The notes beneath the pieces are model-generated. The model was given only the letters and a program-made list of their open reading frames with translations, had not been told where the DNA came from and made no database searches. The translations under genes and the position numbers were made by a program. This document shows positions 9,602-17,700 of a DNA stretch of 34,824 bases, piece by piece (positions within the stretch are counted from its first letter, which is position 1; each line of letters opens with the position of its first letter). This DNA comes from Candidatus Thorarchaeota archaeon (GTDB taxonomy: Archaea; Asgardarchaeota; Thorarchaeia; Thorarchaeales; Thorarchaeaceae): NCBI GenBank assembly GCA_048882385.1, contig JBHLRQ010000027.1, positions 1 to 34,824 on the forward strand. The letters run 5' to 3'.

Positions 9602-10405
9602 TCAGAACTCGTCAAGTCCTTCATGATCAATCCATGCTTTGAAGTGGGATTCAAATGTGCCTCGGACGCCCCTAGATGCTATCAATCCTGTGACAAACTC
9701 ATCGAAAGTCTTTGAGAACTGAAGATACTCTGAAAAGCCCTTCTTTCTCAATCTTATACTCTCCCTCGCAATATCATCTGAGCTGATTTTCATCTCTTTG
9801 GCAAGGAGGTTTCTGATCTCCTCGTACTCTTTAACATGAATCACTTGTCCTGTGCTTCTTGCTTTCAAGATTCTATAACCATTTCCGGTTCTCCACAAAC
9901 GTGAAACATTCACCCATTCCTTTGTCAATGATGGAAGCAACTCATCAATCTCATTCAGTACATGAATCGTTTCACGATATCTGGCATCAATCAAGTCAGC
10001 CGCAATAATTGCAGATCGAGTTGATGAGATAATGCCAACATTGAAGAAAAGAGTTGATCCTCCTTTCAAGAACTGTGCTTTTGCATTTTCAATAAGTTTG
10101 TAAAATAGTCTGTTTGAAACTTGTTCGAAATTTCTAGGAGTTTCAATCAATCGCAATTCATTGAAAGGAATACAATCAACACCGAGAAGTTCTGAAACCT
10201 CAAAGATAGAGAAAACCGTGTGGTTTGTTTTCAACCAATGTTTTTGGAATGTTTCAGAACAAGCTACTTGTAGAATCGTGACTAAGTCATCCCAATCCTG
10301 CTTGGATTTAACCTCTGTATCTAAAGCATTGGAAATGATCGACTTTAGTTCTTCAGATTGATCATTCGCTAGTACTTCGTATATTATGTCAGTATCAATC
10401 TCCAT
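9602..10405 (-). CDS. Hypothetical protein (lineage-specific, mostly helical)
   Basis: 267-aa ORF with normal composition and no motif I recognise. Confidence 0.7.
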   Translation of the reverse strand: MEIDTDIIYEVLANDQSEELKSIISNALDTEVKSKQDWDDLVTILQVACSETFQKHWLKTNHTVFSIFEVSELLGVDCIPFNELRLIETPRNFEQVSNRLFYKLIENAKAQFLKGGSTLFFNVGIISSTRSAIIAADLIDARYRETIHVLNEIDELLPSLTKEWVNVSRLWRTGNGYRILKARSTGQVIHVKEYEEIRNLLAKEMKISSDDIARESIRLRKKGFSEYLQFSKTFDEFVTGLIASRGVRGTFESHFKAWIDHEGLDEF

Positions 10406-10481
10406 CGCAAGATAACCAGAACTGTATCACTACTTCTGATTTACGCTATTAGTATAATTAGAACATTTATTAGAAGACCTA

Positions 10482-11162
10482 ATGATAATTGAATTATATT
10501 ATAGGGGTATCACATTGCCCGAGAGTGGAGGCGAGACTGAAGGTCCAACTCTACTTGAGCTCGATATAATGCGCTCATTTGGGTGGGCCGTTGTAGAAAC
10601 CGAGGAATCACTATACCAGAGGTATCTCAATCTATCAGCTGCAAGATCCTTGATGCCAAGCACGGTCTTCAAGACTCATCTCCGAGAAATGGAAGCCAAG
10701 GGTTTTGTTTCTTCTCTAAATCTGCATGGAAAGAAGGCATATCGTCGTTTACTTATTGGAAAAGAAGTGGGGGCTGAAATCCACCCTCAAGTTCCACTTG
10801 ATGAAATGCGGTTGGCTCTTGGTAGCTTGAAAGCTAAACCCAAATTTGGAAAAAAGATTCGCACAAAAGTCACCCCCGATGTGGTCGAAGACTCAGATAT
10901 TGTAGGAAAGGAAATTCAGACTGCCCTGGAAAACTGGATGCTTCGAGATTCAGGTAGAATAAGCAAAGGTGCAGTCCATGCTCATATAGCTAACATGATG
11001 AATGCACTTCAAGAATCTGAAGAGGAGCTCTTTGAATATGTGAGAATTGAGATTCCTGGTTTACTTGCGGACTTGGGTGAATTGCTACGTACATACGGTC
11101 CAGACTTTTTGCTTTTGACGCTCCGAGTTACTGAACACAAAGTCAGAAAATACAAGTTCTGA
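10482..11162 (+). CDS. Hypothetical protein with probable N-terminal winged-helix domain
   Basis: LELDIMRSF...FKTHLREMEAKGFVSSLNLHGKKAYRRL resembles a wHTH recognition helix and wing. The true start may be the TTG at 10515. Confidence 0.65.
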   Translation: MIIELYYRGITLPESGGETEGPTLLELDIMRSFGWAVVETEESLYQRYLNLSAARSLMPSTVFKTHLREMEAKGFVSSLNLHGKKAYRRLLIGKEVGAEIHPQVPLDEMRLALGSLKAKPKFGKKIRTKVTPDVVEDSDIVGKEIQTALENWMLRDSGRISKGAVHAHIANMMNALQESEEELFEYVRIEIPGLLADLGELLRTYGPDFLLLTLRVTEHKVRKYKF

Positions 11163-11207
11163 TGATTTATCAATTCGAAAGTACCATGAAATCTCTCAAA
11201 GGTCAAA

Positions 11208-11384
11208 ATGCCTAGAATTTCCTATCTTGGACAATCTGGATTCTATCTTGAAACATATGACTGCAAATTTCTCATTGATCCAAAATACTGCATCAGAATT
11301 TCGCTCAAGAAACTTCAAAGTATTAGATCTGATGTGAAGTGTATAATTCCTAAAATTGGTGAGCCTCTAAGGGGCTACAAATGA
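11208..11384 (+). pseudogene. Internally deleted remnant of an MBL-fold hydrolase (UlaG/UPF0173-like), 58 aa, absent from the ORF track
   Basis: Translates to MPRISYLGQSGFYLETYDCKFLIDPKYCIRISLKKLQSIRSDVKCIIPKIGEPLRGYK*. The MBL N-terminal strands (YLGQSGF...LIDP) are joined to a C-terminal-like IPKIGE, with no HxHxDH. Confidence 0.6.
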
Positions 11385-11469
11385 ATAGATAAAATTCTTG
11401 ATACTGTCAGTTGTCTGCCTTGTTCAACTAGTTCATATGCTGCTTAGAGAACTGTAGAAGCGAGAGCTA

Positions 11470-12252
11470 ATGATAGTGGAATGGGATTCAGAAGATCGCT
11501 CTGGAGTTCGTCACTTATTTCATCCCCATAAAAGAGCACGTGCAATTATCTTCCCCGCATTAGATTTGGGACTTGGGCAAGTATGGACCAACTCGCGTGA
11601 ATCACCTACCGTAGCCAGACTTCAGCTTTCGGTAATTAACGCACTTGCAGGAGATAGTTCTAGTTCAGATGCTGTCGATATCGTTCGTATGATCGAACCG
11701 ATGCAACTTGCTTTTGGACATGACGACAATTGGACGCTCATAATCAAAGAGCTATGGGGTGATTGTCTTGAGATTCAGCCCCGAACTGTATTCACGACAG
11801 AATCTCTTGATTTGGACCATCTGAGAGTACTACGAGAACAGATACCTTCTGGCTACCACCTTGAGAGAATGAGTCTTGAAGATATTCAGAGAATCGACAA
11901 GAGAAAGGCAATGCATATCCCAATCTTATTTGGTAGCTCGGAGGAATTCTGCAAGAAAGGAATTGGTTATTGTATAAAGCACGACAACAAGATAGTATGT
12001 ATGGCTTCGACATTCACACCTTTTACTGATATGTTCGAGATTCAAGTTGATACTTTTGACAGTGAACATCGACGTAAGGGTCTCGCCACTGTTGCTTCTG
12101 CAGCACTTATGGTATATGCCCTCGAGAACGGGATAACTCCCTATTGGGATGCTGCGAATGAAGCTTCAATTCAGCTAGCTTTGAAACTGGGTTACACTGA
12201 ACCAGACCCCTGGGAAGCTTACTACTTGAAACCGGTATCTGGTGCCAGATAG
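11470..12252 (+). CDS. GNAT-family N-acetyltransferase
   Basis: EIQVDT...HRRKGLAT (acetyl-CoA motif A), YWDAANEASIQLALKLGY. Confidence 0.88.
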   Translation: MIVEWDSEDRSGVRHLFHPHKRARAIIFPALDLGLGQVWTNSRESPTVARLQLSVINALAGDSSSSDAVDIVRMIEPMQLAFGHDDNWTLIIKELWGDCLEIQPRTVFTTESLDLDHLRVLREQIPSGYHLERMSLEDIQRIDKRKAMHIPILFGSSEEFCKKGIGYCIKHDNKIVCMASTFTPFTDMFEIQVDTFDSEHRRKGLATVASAALMVYALENGITPYWDAANEASIQLALKLGYTEPDPWEAYYLKPVSGAR

Positions 12253-12255
12253 GTC

Positions 12256-13347
12256 TTACTTCTTCTTAACAACCACTATAACTACTGCTACCAGCGCTAT
12301 TACTCCAGCTGAAGCAATTCCTACTATCATTAGATTGTTCAGGAATCCATTCGAGGTTGTTTCTAGTTCAACTGAAAATATTTCGAGCTCTCTACACACC
12401 TCTACTGTTTCATTAGAATCTTCAACTTCTATATCAAGAATGTAGTTTCCCACATCAAGACCGGCGATTATCCCAGTATAATTTCCATCCAAGTCATCAT
12501 CACTCAGAACAATTTCATCAACAAGAGTTCTGTTATTTCCAGTGTAGATCATAGCAGTAACTTCTGCAATTCCAGTGGAAAGAATACCTCCCAGAGTTTC
12601 ATTTAGATTATCAGTCATGACACCAATGGAAATGTTAGATCCAGGTTCTGCAGGTGTTGTAGGTAGATACAATTCTGTTACACGAGAGAGTCCGAGGATC
12701 TCTCTGATTATCTCTGCACAAACTTCCGAGGTTGGAGCTTCAAGCCATCCACCACCAGTTGTTCCTCCACCTCTCCCACCAGTGATAATCCTCCCATCAG
12801 CGATTGCTTCAACTCCATAGACAGTTGTAGCTCCTGCTGCAGTCATCTGTGGACTACTCAGTGTAAACGAAACTACCTTGCAACCATTAACAATGTCATT
12901 CGCTTCTGCCATTATCCGTGTTCCAGTGCAGATTGAAGCAACAATAAGACCTAGGTCGAATGCATCTGAAATAAATGTCAATATCGTATTACTGGCAATC
13001 ATATCCGCCCAATGTCCTCCAGATGTAATTAGAAGACAGTCGAATTGCTGGACCATCTCAGGTGTCATCTCAGATAGCAACAAATCCGCAGTTATTGGTC
13101 TTGGTTCTCTGTTGGTACATGAATCAATCTCATAATCAATCGAATGAGCTACTGTTGTCACATTGACTCCATATGACTCCAACCTGTCCTTCGCGTCAAA
13201 ATAGTTCCATCCAAATCCATCACATAATACAACTAAAACATTGATCTCTGAAACATCAGTAGCTTTCACAGATTGTGTGATCTGAGAACCTGAAAAAACT
13301 AGGGAAAAAATTAGCAAGCTTGTAACCAGAATCATCTTGAATCTCAT
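12256..13347 (-). CDS. Secreted, membrane-anchored DJ-1/PfpI-family protein
   Basis: Signal peptide (...SVKA), DJ-1 core (ITADLLL, FDCLLITSGG, ASICTG, DGRIITG), beta-rich domain with DDDLDGNYTG, C-terminal TM plus KKK. Confidence 0.85.
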   Translation of the reverse strand: MRFKMILVTSLLIFSLVFSGSQITQSVKATDVSEINVLVVLCDGFGWNYFDAKDRLESYGVNVTTVAHSIDYEIDSCTNREPRPITADLLLSEMTPEMVQQFDCLLITSGGHWADMIASNTILTFISDAFDLGLIVASICTGTRIMAEANDIVNGCKVVSFTLSSPQMTAAGATTVYGVEAIADGRIITGGRGGGTTGGGWLEAPTSEVCAEIIREILGLSRVTELYLPTTPAEPGSNISIGVMTDNLNETLGGILSTGIAEVTAMIYTGNNRTLVDEIVLSDDDLDGNYTGIIAGLDVGNYILDIEVEDSNETVEVCRELEIFSVELETTSNGFLNNLMIVGIASAGVIALVAVVIVVVKKK

Positions 13348-13420
13348 ATCAATCGATAAATGATACCTGAGGCAATATATTAGGAATCAGATTGGCGTAA
13401 TGGATTAGAAAGAATGGATT

Positions 13421-13442
13421 GGAGACCCCTATAGGGATCTCC
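13421..13442 (-). terminator. Near-perfect palindrome GGAGACCCCTATAGGGATCTCC downstream of tldE; probable terminator hairpin
   Basis: 22-nt dyad with one mismatch (a G-U pair on the minus strand), 15 nt after the tldE stop, followed by a pyrimidine-rich tract on the minus strand. Confidence 0.5.
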
Positions 13443-13457
13443 ATAATGTCCGATTAG

Positions 13458-14855
13458 TTAACCTGTAACTGAAAAGTCGTCAAAGACCAAAGTTGGGATC
13501 TCGATATCAAATGGTAGAAACTCTATATTACTACCAATCTCTCGAAGATTTTGAAATCCTTCATAGTAGTTGCCAGCAATAGACACAGGTTCTACAGGTC
13601 CTTTGAGCTCTCCATTCTCAACAAGAAATGCGGTACCTGCAACACACGAAAACTCTCCAGTTGCGACCATAGAATGAAATATCCCCAGTGGGAACTCTCG
13701 GATGAGTATCGCTTTGCCATCAATAGATGAAATGATCTCCTCCTCTGTCTTACTACCAGGAGTTATCTCCAGCCATTTGGTTGACACAGATGGTTTTTCT
13801 TCGAAAGGTGTTGTATCATCTCCAAATATACCACCACCTCGAGAACAGTTACCAGTAGACTCAAGACCAAAAGCTTTGCCATAGTAATTGTCGAATAGAT
13901 AGTTCTTCAGGACTCCATTCTCGATGACTGTGTTCTTTTGCTGTGGTTGACCTTCTGCATCTATTGCCTCTGTTCTAAGTCCAATCTTACTCTGACCATT
14001 ATCAACGATTGAGAGTTGCTTTGAAGCAATAGTATCTCCGATTTTATCACAGAGTGGTGATATGCCATCAACAACAGTTCTTCCCAGTGTGGATTGACCA
14101 AGACTAGAGAGAATAAAGAGCGCGGCTGGAATAGGAGTCCAAATTGTAGGCAGTTTGGCTGTTATGTCTAATTTCTTTGCTCCTAGTTGAGTGATTGCAT
14201 TTTCAGCTGCTATTCTTCCTACTCCCTCAGGGTTGAACAAGCGCTCTCTGGATACATCAAAATGAAATGACCCTTTCCGTTCTTCACCTTGGATTGCATA
14301 GACACTTGATTGACAACCACTATCACCACTACGTGTTGCCTCAAGGATTCCTCTTGTACTTCCTACAGCATACCCGCTCCAATCAACTGAAGCTAAAGCA
14401 GAAACGACTTTCACTCTTTCATCTACTGCTTTTGCTTCCTCTATTATTTCCTCACAGTGCTTGATTAGATCATCAGAACCAATTGATAGTATCTCATCTG
14501 TAAAAGCACCTTCTCTACCTTTCCCCTTTGGATCGGGAAATCCTTTGAATCGATTATCTTCAACATTAACACTGTTAATGATGGACAAAGCCTCTTCTGC
14601 TGCTAGTTTTATCCTCTCAGGTGATACACCACTTGCTACTGCAAATCCAATGCGTTTTCCTTTTGCAGCCCGTACAGCTGTACCTGCTGCAGCTCCATCT
14701 TTGGCAGTTACAATTCCTTGAGAAATGCTTGCGGAAACACTATTCTGGTAGGAAACGAATATTTCAAACTCAACAGAATTGTCTAGAGACTTGGCATACT
14801 TGAGTCCAGTATCTGTCACAGAAAGTAGTTCATCTTTTAGATTATCAAATTCCAT
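13458..14855 (-). CDS. tldE: TldE/PmbA family protein
   Basis: IDAEG, VIENGVLKNYLFD, STGNCSRG, TGEFS, ENGE, SIAGN. No HExxH. Follows tldD. Confidence 0.9.
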   Translation of the reverse strand: MEFDNLKDELLSVTDTGLKYAKSLDNSVEFEIFVSYQNSVSASISQGIVTAKDGAAAGTAVRAAKGKRIGFAVASGVSPERIKLAAEEALSIINSVNVEDNRFKGFPDPKGKGREGAFTDEILSIGSDDLIKHCEEIIEEAKAVDERVKVVSALASVDWSGYAVGSTRGILEATRSGDSGCQSSVYAIQGEERKGSFHFDVSRERLFNPEGVGRIAAENAITQLGAKKLDITAKLPTIWTPIPAALFILSSLGQSTLGRTVVDGISPLCDKIGDTIASKQLSIVDNGQSKIGLRTEAIDAEGQPQQKNTVIENGVLKNYLFDNYYGKAFGLESTGNCSRGGGIFGDDTTPFEEKPSVSTKWLEITPGSKTEEEIISSIDGKAILIREFPLGIFHSMVATGEFSCVAGTAFLVENGELKGPVEPVSIAGNYYEGFQNLREIGSNIEFLPFDIEIPTLVFDDFSVTG

Positions 14856-14873
14856 TCATAATCAACTCCTTAG

Positions 14874-16298
14874 TTATGCTTCCCCTCCAAAGGTAACATC
14901 ATTGATAATCAACTTCGGACCTCCGTCTCCTACTGGGAGTGGATACTGTCCACCTTTCCCGCAACCACCAAAGTATCCAGAACCCAGATGCAGGTCTTTG
15001 GTTGCACCTTCAACTTTGGACAAAAGGTCTAGGATGTTTCCGGAGAGGGCTACTTCACGAATTGGATATTGAATCTCGCCATTCTCGACCCAATATCCAC
15101 GTACAGCTTTAAACACAAAGCTTCCATCACCTTCAACCTGTCCTCCTGTGGATTGAATTGCATATATGCCCGTTCCCAGTTTCTCTATAGCTTCCTCTTC
15201 TGTCAAATCTCCAGGAAGGAAGTATGTATTTGTCATTCTGGGGATTGATGGAAATACATAGCTCACTGCACGAGAATTCCCAGTTGGTTCCTGCTCCAAT
15301 TTGTTTGCAGTCCCTCGATTGTGTAAGTAGTGTTTTAGAACGCCTTTCTCCAGAATTGTTGTTTGATTCGCTGCAATTCCTTGATCATCATATGGTAGCC
15401 ACAGTCCTCCATATTTCTTAATATCTGGAACTCCTCCATCTACAATTGTTGCTTGTTCAGTTCCTAAGGTCTGACCAACACGATCAGTCAAAGGAGATCC
15501 ACCTGTTACTACAAAATCCGCTTCACTCAAGTGTCCAAATGACTCATGAGCCAAGACTCCAACAAGCTCCTCTTCCACGAGGGCTCGGAATTTCCCAGCT
15601 GGACATGCTTTTGCTTTTAGCTGTTCCTTTGCGTTTTTTCCAGCTTCTTCACCCATTTTCTCTGGAGTATACTTTTCTTTCTCGAACTCTTCCAGTCCAA
15701 AAGTTCCTCCATGTCCTTTACGTCCAAGGACCATTGCTCCAGCGTCTGTCTTTGATGTCACACTGAGTCGTAAATCTGAAACAAGAAAATTCCAATCAAT
15801 TATCGATCCGTCGCTATTTACAAACAGTTTTGGACCATGAAGTTCACCCCACATCGCCCGAACACTTCGAATATTTTCTCCGTGTTCTCTTGCTGTCTCT
15901 ACCGTTCGATTCACCATGTCGATTTTATAGGATAGTTCCGTGTCTTGAGGGTGAATCTTCACAGATGGAGTGTCTGATTTCTTACTTTTCACGGCAGACC
16001 CTCGTTCAAATGGTAGCTTTAGTTTTGCCGCTTTTGAGGATGCACTAGCCATCCGGTAAGCTTTTTCCACTGCTGCTCTGATATCTTTCTTTTCAGAACT
16101 TGGTGTAAAGGAGAAACCCGACACACCATCAACAAAAGCAGTGATGGCAAATCCTTGTCTAGATTTGACTTGGATGTCCTGCCAAATGTCATCTACCCGC
16201 CTCAAAGCTCTCAGGGTGAGATCATCAAATCTCGCCTCCACAAAATCTGCACCCATATCCTCTCCGATGCGGATACAATCTTCTAATCTATCCAACAT
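14874..16298 (-). CDS. tldD: TldD family metalloprotease
   Basis: HESFGHLSEAD, YDDQG, TGNSRA, PRMTNTY, GGQV, GCGKGGQ...PVGDGGP. Confidence 0.93.
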   Translation of the reverse strand: MLDRLEDCIRIGEDMGADFVEARFDDLTLRALRRVDDIWQDIQVKSRQGFAITAFVDGVSGFSFTPSSEKKDIRAAVEKAYRMASASSKAAKLKLPFERGSAVKSKKSDTPSVKIHPQDTELSYKIDMVNRTVETAREHGENIRSVRAMWGELHGPKLFVNSDGSIIDWNFLVSDLRLSVTSKTDAGAMVLGRKGHGGTFGLEEFEKEKYTPEKMGEEAGKNAKEQLKAKACPAGKFRALVEEELVGVLAHESFGHLSEADFVVTGGSPLTDRVGQTLGTEQATIVDGGVPDIKKYGGLWLPYDDQGIAANQTTILEKGVLKHYLHNRGTANKLEQEPTGNSRAVSYVFPSIPRMTNTYFLPGDLTEEEAIEKLGTGIYAIQSTGGQVEGDGSFVFKAVRGYWVENGEIQYPIREVALSGNILDLLSKVEGATKDLHLGSGYFGGCGKGGQYPLPVGDGGPKLIINDVTFGGEA

Positions 16299-16429
16299 GT
16301 TTTAGATACCTCTATCATGTTCTCTGTATCCATAAAACTGGTCACTCATTATTGAGTTACTGGTCATTACTGACCATTATTTTGACAATAAAAATGCAAT
16401 TCTCAACGCGAGAACTCATATTGTTACTA

Positions 16430-17185
16430 TTAATCTTCAAGAATTCTATACCAATAGGTGTACAGAGTTTTGAAACCCATAGACTCATACAGAGTTTTCG
16501 CAGCCTCGTTTTCCTCTTCAACCTGTAGAAAAGCATTCTTGGCTCCCAAATCTTCTCCCCACATAGCCAATGCACACGAAACTGACCAAGCCACACCTTG
16601 GCGTTTATATTCTGGCATTGTTCTTATTGAAAACAATCCAAGCCAATCTCCTTCTACCACTCCGAGACCGACTCCTGCAATATTTCCATGCATTGAAACT
16701 CTAGCAATATTTTTCCTACCACGAATGCGGTGAATTATTTCCCGTCTTACGTCAATTGCAAGTTTTCCTCTCTCAGATCGATGCATTAGAGTATCGAGCG
16801 AGTCTTCTGTAACGCTGAATAAATCAACAGGGATGAGTGGTCTTAAACAAGAAACTGTGTCAATTGGAACAGTCTGAACATTAGTTATCATTCGTTTTTG
16901 AAATCCTTTGTTTTCCAATATTTTATCGAGTCCTTTTGGTTGACTAGCTGGTGATATTTTGAATGCTGGAGGAGTAGACTTTTCTTGATAGAGACTGATG
17001 ACATAATCTACTACACTCTCAACATCAATATTACTATCCCATTCATTTGGCAAGACGCTATTGGCTCTCCATGTTACGCCTTGATCCCAGTGTATTTTCC
17101 ACCCTTTGTAAGTAACAATCTCTCTCGCTGGCCAGCAATGTGATGCCAATAGCTCGAGCTCAGCAATCTCCTTCTCCGACACCAT
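16430..17185 (-). CDS. GNAT-family N-acetyltransferase
   Basis: WPA...GVTWRANSV N-terminus, PEYKRQGVA, AFLQVEEENEAAKTLYESMGF. Confidence 0.9.
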   Translation of the reverse strand: MVSEKEIAELELLASHCWPAREIVTYKGWKIHWDQGVTWRANSVLPNEWDSNIDVESVVDYVISLYQEKSTPPAFKISPASQPKGLDKILENKGFQKRMITNVQTVPIDTVSCLRPLIPVDLFSVTEDSLDTLMHRSERGKLAIDVRREIIHRIRGRKNIARVSMHGNIAGVGLGVVEGDWLGLFSIRTMPEYKRQGVAWSVSCALAMWGEDLGAKNAFLQVEEENEAAKTLYESMGFKTLYTYWYRILED

Positions 17186-17274
17186 GGCAGTATGGAACGT
17201 GAAACTACCTAAAATATTCGTTACTTTTGTTAACTATCGACATGCTTATTATTTGCTATAGTTAACTTAATATC

Positions 17275-17643
17275 ATGCCACGAGTAGTTCATTTCGAAAT
17301 TGTTGCAGATGATGCTGAACGGATTTCAAAGTTTTATGAAACTGTTTTTGGTTGGACAGTCCAGAAATGGAATGGACCAATCGATTATTGGTTTCTAATG
17401 ACAGGTGATGAGAAAGAACCTGGAATTGATGGTGCATTTGGAATGCGTCAGAGTGAAGATGACATCCCTGTGAATACTATCGATGTTCCTTCTGTTGATG
17501 AAGCAGTCAAGAAAATTGTAGAGAATGGAGGAGAGATTGTTCGACCAAAGCAAACAATTCCTGGAGTTGGACATCTCGCTTATTTCAAGGACACTGAAGG
17601 AAATCTCTGGGGCATCATGGAAAGCGACACGTCGGTCAAATAA
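17275..17643 (+). CDS. VOC/glyoxalase-bleomycin resistance family protein
   Basis: VVHFEI, FYETVFGW, PGIDG, IPGVGHLAYFKDTEGNLWGI. Confidence 0.92.
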   Translation: MPRVVHFEIVADDAERISKFYETVFGWTVQKWNGPIDYWFLMTGDEKEPGIDGAFGMRQSEDDIPVNTIDVPSVDEAVKKIVENGGEIVRPKQTIPGVGHLAYFKDTEGNLWGIMESDTSVK

Positions 17644-17700
17644 CCCACAGAACAAAACACCTTTGTGACCTAGCCTCTTCTCTCATTTGAGGCTGTCTTA

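Noticed and set aside
9599-9604. Abutting stop codons of convergent genes (also 24965-24970; overlapping at 2919-2922)
   Set aside because: This is common in compact archaeal genomes, and there is no further evidence of antisense regulation.
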